This document shows, piece by piece, positions 48,308 through 60,191 of a stretch of 64,000 nt of DNA. The stretch is from Antedon mediterranea (Eukaryota; Animalia; Echinodermata), in contig NC_092672.1 in NCBI RefSeq assembly GCF_964355755.1, forward strand, positions 9,052,001 to 9,116,000, given 5' to 3'. Position 1 is the first letter of the stretch, and each line of letters begins with the position of its first letter. Position numbers and translations under genes: made by a program. A model generated the notes under the pieces. That model had not been told where the DNA came from, did not search any database, and was given only the letters and a program-made list of their open reading frames with translations.

Positions 48308-51300
48308 TTATGTCCATTTGTATATCATCAAATTCCCGTTTGAAATATCATTAACCGTACATGTTTCTCCATATTTGTTGTTTTCAATGATATAGACTTC
48401 ATTATCCTTGACAAAAGTATCCCATCCGTGGGATCTACAAGTGTCTTTCTTAAAATGTTTTATGAAGTAATTTCCTTCAAACCGATAAAACTCTGCCTTT
48501 AGGCCACTAAACGCATCGGTGACAACGTCCGTATGTGGTGTCAATATAAGGTATAGTTGCTTGTAAGCCTGTAAATAAATAATCACAGTATTAAAAATGT
48601 TTAGTTTTTTGATTTACCTAGTGGAAAATCGGCTTTAATGGTACGATGACAATTTGTCTTTGGGAGAGTATAACATAGGAATTCCGTCAATTCAGTATAA
48701 TAAAGAAGCTCGAAATTACCTCGACAAGTTTAAAATGTAATGTTTTATATGGCTCATAAATTGACTGATGTGGCTCAAACAGTTCTGTTGATTTACTGTA
48801 TTTATACACATGGGTTAGCATTGGGCGATCTACACTGTCTTGTGTACTTTGTACAACTATATAATACTTTCCGTTGTATTCAAAGGAGTCCGCATGCATC
48901 GGGTCATTTGTATCCGCAATAGTTTGATATAATTCCCAAGACTTCACTGAAACGCAAAAGGTTGATCAATATTAATGCTAAACCAGACAGTATTTGAAAT
49001 CTAAATCATTATGATGGAGGAATGTGATGGTGAATAAAAATAACTAAAATAACAGAGCCTTGTGGAAATGAAACAAAAAAATGAAGACAAGCATTGGAAC
49101 AATATATGAAGACGATAACATATAAACGATAAATAATATTTAAATAATAATATACATATAAACTTACCTGTACTCATCATAAGCGTTGCGTCGGATTCGG
49201 TACGACCTAAACAACTTGTTGTGCCACCAGCATCATAACCACTGTCACCACAATAACATGCGGTGTTCAAGATGTCAACACCAGCATATTTGTAATCCAA
49301 ACCACGGCATAGTTCAAGACAATCCCAGGCTGTTACACCAGGCGACTTCAGAATGTAACTAGAAAGCGCTCTCTCAGCCCCATTATCGAGGTAACAGTCT
49401 ATAATTACTGTCAATTAAATATTTGAAATGCAACATCATTTTCTTATGTCACAACACATATATTACGGTATCTTCTAAAGCCTGTCTACACTATCAAACT
49501 TTATGTGTCAAAAAAGTTTGATGTGCCCATATATGGTAGTGCTATTCTTAAATATGGTAGTGATATGACATCATCATGTCCATATATGGGCACATAACAT
49601 TTTTCAAGTTTGTTTTCATTAGCTTACCATCTGACGTGGCCTTTATTGAGATGTTTTTATCAGAGTACATAAAAATTGGTCGTGGTTCAGTCATTTCGTA
49701 AGTACATCCTTCAAACGTCCATATTCCCATCCATAGTTTGTCATTTTGGCAATTATCAATGACGTCATATATGGCAAAATAACTGTTGCCATTGGGTCTG
49801 TAAGAATAAATCTGGTTTTAATAAAAAAAAAAAAAAACAATTACGAATCGGTCAGGTCAATTTAAATGTATGGTGTATGCGACCATTTTATTGAAGCCTA
49901 ATTTTTCAAAAACATAAACGTATTTGGCCTATGCCATTTTAAATTACCTTCATTCTGTTAAATTTGTGGGTAGTTGTTGTTGTGTTGATTTGTTCTTGTG
50001 TATAACTAACCTTGTGTAGACCATTTTAAACTGTGCTGGTGTTTTAGTACGAAGGTCTTTCCACGGATAATTTAACAGCCTTTCTTTGGTGAACCATTCA
50101 GTTTTACTAGCGCCAATAGCGTTGAATATTAGCGACAATTTAGATTCTCCATTGTCATATAAAGCAATCTTTACCTTAAATAGAGAAATATTATATCTTT
50201 AGTTTGGTCTAGCGAATACGGTATTACGTCATTTTAAAATAATCCTGCCATATCAGTGTTTTGTATGAATGAAATACTGTACCACCGTTAAGCCAATGCT
50301 AGTGCAACTTACTTTTGAAACCTTATCCCAGGCGTCAACTAGGCTGCTTTTGTAATGGTCTCTGAAGGAATCATCAAGCTTCATGGCATCTTGGTTTCCT
50401 TCATTCCTTGATCCTGATGTGCTCCACAGATCATACAGTTCAACGCTATTAACACCAGAGACAGCTTTCAACACAAGTTTCCACCCTTTAGAAATATGTA
50501 ATAAAAGTTATCTTATTTGAAAACTTAGTTGAAAGTTACGAGAAAAAAACAAATGATTAAGAAATGTCAATATCAATCAATAAATAAATTAGAAAATATG
50601 TATAAAAACAATGTTAATGCATAGAAAAAATGAATGTTTCCAGAAAACAATATTGAACAGTAGAACATATATTAGTTCACGGTTATGAAAATGATTTTTT
50701 TTTTAAATAGTGGTTGAAAAATAATAATTAGTTCTATTGAATGGCACTATACAATATTGATTATTATTTATTACGTGCAATGTATTTCAATATTTTAAAA
50801 GATGATGAAATAAAAGTGGTACGAAACCACATATAAGACAAAACAAGTTTGCTTGTGTTGACTAGGTTTGAAATCACAGTTTTAACACATAATATTTTGC
50901 AACATATATACAGTTACTCTCGATATAAATAGCATACTACATTAGGTTGGATGAGGAAAGAGTGATAACATCTATTGTATGTTGTGACAAAGGCACCATG
51001 TTACCGTAACAAGTAAACGAAACTGTTTATACAACATTAATTATGTTACATTTACATAAAAACTTACGTTTTGCTACGTGGTAGGACAGAACAACAATTT
51101 GAAATAAAATATTTTCATATTTAAAGCATAATATTATTATCATCAACATCATATCACCACCGCCACCGTCGTCGTCGTCGTCGTCACTGTCGTCGTCGTC
51201 GTCGTCATAATCAACAACATCATATCACCACCATCGTCTTCATCATCATCATCATCACCGTTGTCGTCAGTCATCATCATCATCATTAACAACATCATAT

Positions 51301-54300
51301 CATCACACCGTCGTCGTCGTCGTCACTGTCGTCGTCGTCGTCGTCGTCATCATAATCAACAACATCATATCACCACCATCGTCTTCATCATCATCATCAT
51401 CACCGTTGTCGTCAGTCATCATCATCATCATTAACAACATCATATCATCACACCGTCGTCGTCGTCGTCACTGTCGTCGTCGTCGTCGTCATAATCAACA
51501 ACATCATATCACCACCATCGTCTTCATCATCATCATCATCACCGTTGTCGTCAGTCATCATCATCATCATTAACAACATCATATCATCACACCGTCGTCG
51601 TCGTCACTGTCGTCGTCATAATCAACAACATCATATCACCACCATCGTCTTCATCATCATCATCATCACCGTTGTCGTCAGTCATCATCATCATCATTAA
51701 CAACATCATATCATCACACCGTCGTCGTCGTTATCATCATCATCACCGTTGTCGTCTTCATCATGCTCATCATCATTAACAACATCATATCATCACACCG
51801 TCGTCGTCGTCATCATCATCATCACCGTTGTCGTCATCATCATGCTCATCATCATTAACAACATCATATCATCGCCACCATTGTCATCATCATCATCATC
51901 ACCACCGTTGTCGTAATCATCATCATCATCATCATCATTAACACCATCATATCATCACCGCCGTCGTGATCATAATCATAACCGTTGTCGTCGTCATCAT
52001 CATCATCATCATCATCATCAACATTAACAACATCATATCATCACCACCGTAGTTATCGTTGTCGTCGTCATCATCATCATCATCAACACCAATGCATCAT
52101 CTTTATCAGAATAAATGTTTGTATTATTATTTTTTTTTTATTTATTAAAAAATAAAAAAATAATACAAACATTTATCTGTCACCGCCATCCTCGCATACC
52201 CTTTTTTAGGTATTTCAGATCAGTAATATTTTATTATAAATAAGTATTCAACCTACTGCAGCTTGTTGCTGGAGTTCCAACATCACAATATTGCCATATT
52301 TCTGCAGAAGTTGTAAAACACCAGGGCTGAGTGTCACTATCAGGGTTACGGCAATAGTTGTGGTCTCCTAAACCGAAACCAGGCGCTGCTTCTGGTGAGA
52401 AGCTGTGTGTATGAGGCGTTTGGTCTGTCCACTTTTGACACGTGTAACCGCCAGTGGTGGTACTTACTATACCTCGATAATCAACACCATCAGTAGCAGT
52501 ATAGCATTCTGAATCAAAGATGAGTTTATTATCAAATGAATATTTACGTTGTATTTTTACTGGCATTTGACATTTAGATTTTTTAGTTAATTGTTTTGTT
52601 TTTTTGCAAAATCTTTTTTTTCTAATTCTTCTAATGAACGTAAGCAACTTGTTTCCAACTACATTATCTTGTTATTGGATTACTTTTTGTATTTGTTTCA
52701 TTTCAACGAATACTTACATGTTACATTTATTGTACATTTTTCGTTGAAATCCTAACGTTTTGCTTACTATTAGTTTAACATGAAAGACAATAATTATTAC
52801 CTTCATTTAAAATGAAAATGGCAAACACAGATGCTGTTTTTGGTCGTCCTGAAATAAAAAAAATTAAAATTAAGTGCTCAGAAATAAGTGGCAATGTGAA
52901 GAGACAAGCTAGACATGAAACAGTACCACCCGTGTAATGGTTGTTTATTCAAGCTTTTATTTGATTACATAACTGGACCAGGTAATAGATTTATTGTCGG
53001 TTTCTTACCGTAATCGTGACGTTGTTGATATATCAATGTGTCTTTGAGATCTCCAGCGTCATTGACAGACTGCAGTAAAACTAGATAGTTACTTCCGTCC
53101 ATTTCAAACATATGTGAGTCAGATATTCCATTTGTTTCAATTGTCTTTATAAAAGAAAAACAAAAACGTTTAAACTAATCTTAATTGAATTTTTTCGCAT
53201 ACTAATTTGCTTTTTACATTACAAGCGAAGATAAGAGTCTTTGTAGGCTAAAGCCCATTAAAGTATCGTCTGTTTGGTAGAATTCCGAAAAGTCAATTTT
53301 GAGCGTTGAGACTTGATTACATAGAAAGCAAAGCTCTTGCGGGTGGAAGTTAATTTAACAGTTGGTCTCGCACATCAAATAGTATGGAACGCCGTTTACG
53401 CAACATTTCGATGATATGAATTTTATGACGCGATATGTGAATGAAATGCATCGATATGAATTGAATGGCGTAATATATGAATGAAATGTTTTGAATTGAA
53501 TGCTTTGAATTGAATGTTTTGAATGAAATGTTTTGAATGAAATGTTTTGAATTGAATGTTTTGAATAAAATGTTTTGAATGAAATGTTTTGAATGAAATG
53601 TTTTGAATTAAATGTTTTGAATGAAATGTTTGAATTGAATTGAAAAGTCAAACTATTGGCGGCGTATGTCATTCCCGCTCGCGATTTTTTTTCAACCTCT
53701 TAATAGGCCTAAGCATGGGTACCCTCATCTCCTTTCAACGCTGTCATCAATTTGAATCCTTTACAGAGACTCCCTAACAGACCTGAAACATTGGAATACA
53801 TATTTTCGAACCCAGGTCTGTTATGATTCTCTGTAAAGGCAGCGTGGAAGAAAGGAGATGAGGGTACCCAGGCTTAGGCCTAATAGGTTGAGAAAATAAT
53901 CGCGAGCGAGAATGACATACGCCACCAATAGTTTGACTTTTCAATTCAATTCAAACATTTCATTCAAAACATTTCATTCAAAACATTTCATTTAAAACAT
54001 TTCATTCAAAACATTTCATTCAAAACATTTTATTCAAAACATTTCATTCAAAACATTTCATTTAAAACATTTCATTCAAAACATTTCATTCAAAACATTT
54101 CATTCAAAACATTTCATTCAAAACATTTCATTCAAAATATTCAATTCAAAGCATTCAATTCAAAACATTTCATTCATATATCGCACCATATAATTCATAT
54201 CGATGCATTTCATTCACATATCGCGTCATAAAATTCATATCATCGAAATGTTGCGTAAACGGCGTTCCATAAAATAGTGTACTATTCAAAATAGTAATTG

Positions 54301-57300
54301 GAGGAGTAATTGGCCTCCCAATGAGCTTGCTTGCCATTGGTTCAGATAGTTTAATTCCTTTAGTAAACCGAATAATGAAAATACATTGTTACATGATTTT
54401 AAAACTGCTCGTTTCATCAACTTCGAATATATAATGGTATAATCGCCATCTGAAATTAACTTATAGTAGGTAAAATAGTAGGCCTAAAGCGTGGTTCCCA
54501 CTAATAGACCGTAAAGCTTGGTTCCCACTAGAACGTTTAACGCAAGGACGTAAACGCAACGCAAGCGTTTTAACCAATGACAAGCGAAGTTATAGACAGT
54601 TAGCAATCACAAGCGAATAAGCCATCGCTTGTGATTGATCAATTCACTTGGGTTGCGTTACGTCCTTGTGTTGCGTCGCTAGTGGGAACCACGCTTAACG
54701 TAACGTAACACAGCGACGTATCGACGCGTACTCACAAGTGGGAACCGACGAAGCAACAATTCATTTTCTTACGTTGTGTAGGTTACGTTGCGTCGCTAGT
54801 GGGAACCAACCTTTAAAACTGATGTTTCTATGTAATGCTTGGTTCTCACTAGAGACGTACCTCAACGACGTAACGCGTAAGGGATTTGACCAATCACAAG
54901 CGATGGGTTTATTCGGCTGCCACTTGTCATTGGTCAACTCGTTTGCGCTACGTCCTAGTGGGAACCAAGCATTAGGAAAGTTGTATTTACCAAATGATAT
55001 TCATTATCAAATCCATGTCTTGAGAATGAACTTATTTTAGAGTGCGTAGTCTTATCAGGATTTCTGTACCGGGCAACAAAAAAAGTCGCGTCTCCCCTAC
55101 TATCTTGCAGAAAAGACGACGTGCATTTCCCACAAACCACTGTACTTGGATCATGAAATTGTTCTTTAAGAAAAGTTTGAAAATATGGTTTAGTGATAAT
55201 CTTCCATGGTTAATATTAACATGTATGTTCTTAGTTTTACAAAAATTCACGTAAAATAAATTGTTTGCTTTTGGTGATTTGTATTCTGTTTAAGTTTGTT
55301 CTTATTTATTTGAATCGAGTATTTCTCAAATGTATTCTTAATCTAGTTTTAGCCTGTATACTGTATAAGGCATGCTTCTGAGCGCTAATTGTGCAAGACA
55401 AGGACGTTCATGTAGCCAGAAATCTGTCAAATCAAAGCGAATGTAGGAAACAGGCGCCTGTGATTGGACAAATGTGTTGCTCCCGCGTTGGCCTTTGTAA
55501 TGAGTCATACAGGATCCACAATTCTCAATTGGAAAATTAAATGATTTATTCAAACCATCAAAATGAAGGCAATAAACACACGGTGTACTGCAAACCTAAC
55601 TTTATCAACCCTATATATTACCGGTTTCTTTGTTGAAGTGAAAGACTGACATTAAGTTTGTAGTATACAATTGACCCAATGCGACATACACATCATCATC
55701 AAAAGTAAATACATTAGACTCCCACATATAACTGTTTGTAATGAACTGTATCTGCTCAGATGTGGACGTTTGAATGTTGTATTTAAAAACATAGAGACCG
55801 GATTCTCTGAAAACAAACATACATTTATACTATTTCAATGCGATTAGATAGACCGCTGCGGCTTGGTAGCATTACAAAGTATTAAGAATTATCCAAGAGT
55901 CCAATTCACTTGCAACAGAAATATAACAGATGGCCATATCCCGGTACAATCCCACCGATTTGTACTGCTTCCACGTGCTAGTTTGGTTTGTAATCGACGT
56001 GCGGTAATATGGGTATTTGTAGTTAATAAATTTATTCACTTCCACAGAAAAAAAACACGATAAATGTAATGGTTTTTATTTATAAAAAGACAAAATAACA
56101 GCTAAATTTAACCAAAAACCAATTGCCATTTTTTGTTTAAATTACTATTCTTTAGGTACATAATTGTTGTAGATCCATTTTTTGTCGAAGTGAATAACTA
56201 CCACTATGTGACATTAAAATAGCGTATTCGAAAAAAAAAGTGGCTTAAAATATTTTTATGGAAACAATATATCTTATATTTACACTGATATTGATCTGAG
56301 AAAACTAAAAACTAAAATGAAACAAGTACATTTTTACTTACTTACTGGCGGCAACGATGTACAAATTACCATTAGACCAAAAATGATTTGTACTGTAAAT
56401 TTTCGCTATCGGAATAGTTGACTGTAGAATAAGTCTATCCATCACTCCTAAAGTAAATCGAAATTATTGTCGTGTAAGTGATTAAATAATGAGTCGATCA
56501 GACACTGTATTGTAAAGAAATCTTTATTGTTTATTATAACATGGGTACAAGGATGTAGCCAATCAGACGCGCTGAAATGAGTCACATGTTAGGATAACGA
56601 ACACTCCTCATGGAATCAAACTTGTTTTCGTTGCCCTGACATGAGGGCCTGAGATTTGGTTGCCCTTTCAATATTGTTGTATTCCACAAAATGCAAAAAT
56701 ATAACATTGTAGGCCTAATCTTATTTTTTAAATATTTTACTTCGGCAATTTGAGTTTCCCTACGTAGCCTACATTTTTGGTTGCTCCAGGACCATAGGCA
56801 ACTGATTTTGCGAGGTGCTATGTACTGCTTTTAAAACGTGTGTATGTGTGGCTATATTTGTTATGATAAATTTACTAGGAAACCTAGTAATCTACTATTC
56901 GATTATCAGTTCTGTATCCTGATACATCTCCAGATACAGTACTGATAATCTCACTCTTGTCTGTGAGTATACTTACCATGTTCACAGTTAATGCCTCTGA
57001 ACCTCTCAGTACAAATACAGCTGTAACCTCTATCACTACAGTCGTTAACGCAACTTGCTCCATTCTGACACAAGTTTCCCACTGAACACGTTCCAAAATG
57101 ACTCTAATGAATATAAAATTAAATACAAATGTATGTGTAGCGTTACCGCTCGGTTGTAAATAATGTTCAATTCAATTTATTTCCATACATAAAACAACAT
57201 TGTATTACTTTTTTTTAATGAAAATAATGTAATGTATTACAATACTACATTTTAACAATAGAATATTGTTTCATCATCAACAACCATATACAATTGATGT

Positions 57301-57813
57301 ATTATTATTTTATATAACCCTTTTTTCCTCTATTTTTAGACTTTCTCTTAAAGGGAATATTTAAAACGCACCGGGAGTATTACATCGAGAAAGCACAATC
57401 TACTACACTTCCTTGGCATTGGTAAGTATGTTTGGTCAACATGTGGTCAACAATATAACTTACGGTCAATCTAGACTTACCCGTTCTCTGGGTGTTACTT
57501 GAAGACCATCGAAATGCACAGATTTCATATCTTTGACAAGCTTCCTAGTATTCTTGCCCACCTGGATCGAATACAATGTACAGGTGTCTTCAGCAACCAC
57601 GAACGATTTACAGTTAGTGTCTTGACGACAAAACACTGAACAACTCGCCGAGTCAGTATCGTTGTAAGTAGTCATAGCATCTGGAATTGTCCAGTGATTG
57701 CGACCATGATATATAGCATTTGTTTCTGTATTGGGGCATGTTACCACGGCACTTGTAAGAGGGAAAAGACACAAGCATAAAACAGCTTGGGAAATTGTAA
57801 TTTCCGTTGCCAT
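48308..57813 (-). CDS. Secreted mosaic protein (~864 aa): signal peptide - PAN/Apple - EGF - EPTP/EAR-like repeats x4 - kringle - uncharacterised domain - WSC - EPTP/EAR-like repeats x3
   Basis: Phase-consistent exon chain: 57813-57481 (SP + PAN, CSVFCRQDTNCKSF), 57103-56977 (EGF, CQNGASC..CICTERFRGINCE), 56447-56342, 55806-55622, 55163-54991, 53144-53009, 52848-52801, 52508-52257 (kringle, YRG..CQKW..HNYCRNPD..PWCF), 50485-50313, 50174-50011, 49797-49628, 49407-49168 (WSC, CLELCR..YKYAGV..CYCG), 48946-48720, 48568-48308. Total 2595 nt without stops. It could be more than one transcript. Confidence 0.72.
51135..52100. repeat. Compound (CAT/CGT/CAC)n trinucleotide satellite with ~130-145 bp higher-order units
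   Basis: Recurring block ...CATTAACAACATCATATCATCACACCGTCGTCG... at ~51285, 51430, 51570, 51700, 51775; intronic in the mosaic gene. Confidence 0.9.
53383..54271. mobile_element. Foldback-type TIR element: ~360-430 bp inverted arms with internal 14-bp tandem repeats
   Basis: Ends TATGGAACGCCGTTTACGCAACATTTCG / CGAAATGTTGCGTAAACGGCGTTCCATA; arms contain (TTTTGAATGAAATG)n; spacer ~90 bp; direct repeat AAATAG at 53377-53382 and 54272-54277. Confidence 0.88.
54488..54971. mobile_element. Cluster of three Harbinger-like MITEs (one nested)
   Basis: Outer element 54488-54813, inner element 54515-54695 with a TAA target duplication, third element 54836-54971; all have GCTTGGTTCCCACTAG-type TIRs. 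Confidence 0.8.
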
Positions 57814-58169
57814 TGTGAAAATAAACTGAAATGAATTGTTTAGACCTATATATTATGCTTAAGACACTAAGTTATAGATCTAGTTATTGAATTTAATAAT
57901 CAATAATTATGTTAGATATTGCGTTGTTTATAATACATGAAATTGTCCCCAATTATAAAATCGACTTTCATCGCGCATTACTTATTAGGTTTCCGCATGA
58001 AAAACGCCTTTATAAAATTCATAAACAATTCAATAATCAATATATCCAGTCCGTCTTCATATCAATTACTCATGTAGCTAGATCAACTTTTGTATGCACT
58101 TTCAGGTCCAGAGAATTTGACTTCAGAAATTGGTTTAGAGTGGTCAAACAATCTTTTTTGGCTTTTTGA

Positions 58170-58790
58170 AAATGTGGCGAAGGTCAAAAGTTAGGTGAAA
58201 GGTTATAAGACCAAACACTAATAGGTCCTAAATCTATAGACAACCACTGATCACAACAAGGTCTCAAATTGATTAGAAGATATACATTATATTTAGTCTA
58301 ATGGGACATTTTATTTTTTTAAATATCCGGAAATGCCATTTCTGACCTTTGACCCACAACCCAGAGCATGTATGTATCCTATACTGGTCGCATTTGGTCT
58401 TAAATTGTTCGAAATATACCTTTTGTTATTTGTTACACATTTAAAAGAAATGTTACAAAAGGGGAGGGTCAAGGGTTATATGAACACACACAAATAGGTA
58501 CTTGTATCTCGGCAACCACTGGTCGCAAAAGTCAATTTTGGTCTAAATGTTCAGAAGGCATGCATTCATATTCGGTCTAATGGGGCATTTTAGACAAAAA
58601 TGATCAGAAATACCATTTCTGACCTTTAACCCACATACCAGGCCATGTTAATATCTCTGTAAGTACTTGTCGTAGGAAATCGAAATTAGTCTCAAATTGT
58701 TTGAAATTATACATACTTACATTTAATCTAAAAAGAACTTTGGTTAAAAGATGACTGGAAATACCATTACAGAACCATTACCAAACAACT
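58170..58790. repeat. Diverged tandem repeat, period ~277 bp
   Basis: CCATTTCTGACCTTT(G/A)ACCCACA at ~58336 and ~58613; GTCTAATGGG at ~58296 and ~58575. Confidence 0.55.
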
Positions 58791-58847
58791 TTTCATTGAC
58801 ATAAAATTTAATGCAATTCAATTAAATCTTTTATTTCGAAATCTCTG

Positions 58848-59672
58848 GGGCCGGATTTATCAAACTTGCTTAGCAAAAAAATCGTCTTAACTTTGCCTTA
58901 AATCCTTGATTTTGCCTAAGTCAGATTTATCAATATATCTAAGCAAAAAAATTTGCTTAATTTTGTCTTAAATCTAAGACGAAAAACACCCTGCCTTAAG
59001 ATGAAAAATTTCGTCTTATCTCATTTCTGCAACAGAAACATTCTTTTTTGACAACGCGAGCGCGCTAGGCCGGAACATTGAACATTCGGAAAGGCTACGC
59101 TAGTGCGTTTTACGCTGTACTACGGACGCTAAAATAATGATATCGATCTTCACAAAGATGGCCTAGAAATTGGACGAGCAAAACTAATATTTTCGGGATA
59201 GGTACGACCCAATTGACTAGCCTTTAGAAAACTGTATCGGCTGCCAAGGGTCGCTGTCATTGATAAAAATAAATAAATGTTGATTTGATTTAAGTTTAGA
59301 GCGAATGATTTTCGTATGTATTTCCGACTGTTGTGCTCTTTCTCTATTTCAAGTAATAAAAACAATAGTAGCCAGAATGCGCCCTCTCTTGTTGGGAGTG
59401 AAAATACGGAGATAAAATGTTATAGCGCCGCCATCGCTAAGAGAAAAAAGGTAATACGCATGCGTAAGCAAGAATTTTTCGTCTTAAGACATAATTTGCT
59501 GCCCTCTAGAGTTTAATTTTGCGCATGTGCAAAGTAAAATTGACCTAAGACAATTTTTCTGCTAAGACATTGCTAAGACGGTTTGATAAATAAGATTAAG
59601 TTATTTGCTTAAGCACTTCTTAAATATTTCAGCTTAAGCAAAAATATAAGCAAATATTGATAAATGCCAACC
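58848..59672. mobile_element. Non-autonomous TIR element (PIF/Harbinger-like, CWG target)
   Basis: Imperfect termini GGGCCGGATTTATCAAAC / TATTGATAAATGCCAACC, subterminal CTTAAG/CTAAG repeats, CTG on both flanks. Confidence 0.55.
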
Positions 59673-59781
59673 CTGGTCTTAATAGAAAGTAAAATTACGT
59701 ATAAATTAATAGAAAACCTGTACTGCTACTCATCTCTCAGGATGGCATTCCACCTAGCATTTTGACTTATATACAGTATTA

Positions 59782-60191
59782 TCAAAGAACTTATAACACA
59801 AGAATCTCCTGTTCGTCCGAAGCGCGTAACAATTTCGAAAGGCATTGTGGGATAGAATAAAGCTATGGGTGGAGCCATTGTGAGCCATGGAGTAGGGCGC
59901 CCGCATCAAATTAGAAAGTCAAAATCATAGAGGGGATCTGCTAATGCTCTAGGGGGATAGAGTAATTGACTGAGGAGTAGGGCGCCCGCATCAAATTAGA
60001 AAGTCAAAATCATAGAGGGGTTGTGCTAATACTCTAGGGGGGTAGAGTAATTGACTTCCTAGTTTGGAGGGGGCGCTGCTCCATGCTGTGAAATGGCGTC
60101 GCCCAGTTTGACCTTTTAACCCTTTACTTCCGATACTGTGTTTTGAATGCAAATTGAAGAACAGGAGATTCTTGTGTTATAAGTTCTTTGG
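59782..60191. mobile_element. MITE with 32-bp perfect TIRs and an internal ~85-bp tandem duplication
   Basis: CAAAGAACTTATAACACAAGAATCTCCTGTTC and its exact reverse complement; TATTA on both flanks; GGAGTAGGGCGCCCGCATCAAATTAG occurs twice inside. Confidence 0.85.

Noticed and set aside
51135-52100. Poly-Asp or poly-His biomineralisation-type coding exon
   Set aside because: The repeat shifts frame repeatedly, has stops, gives no ORF-track entry and lacks flanking splice sites; the gene's exon chain closes without it.
53355-53672. 105-aa ORF with (QNISFKTFHSKH)-like repeats
   Set aside because: Translation of the 14-bp tandem repeats in the foldback arm; not a gene.
54300-54449. Extra exon of the mosaic gene after tttcag at 54450 (DGDYTIIY...)
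   Set aside because: The upstream exon ends in phase 0, and in that phase the sequence hits TGA after 10 codons; exon 54991 joins 53144 in frame without it.
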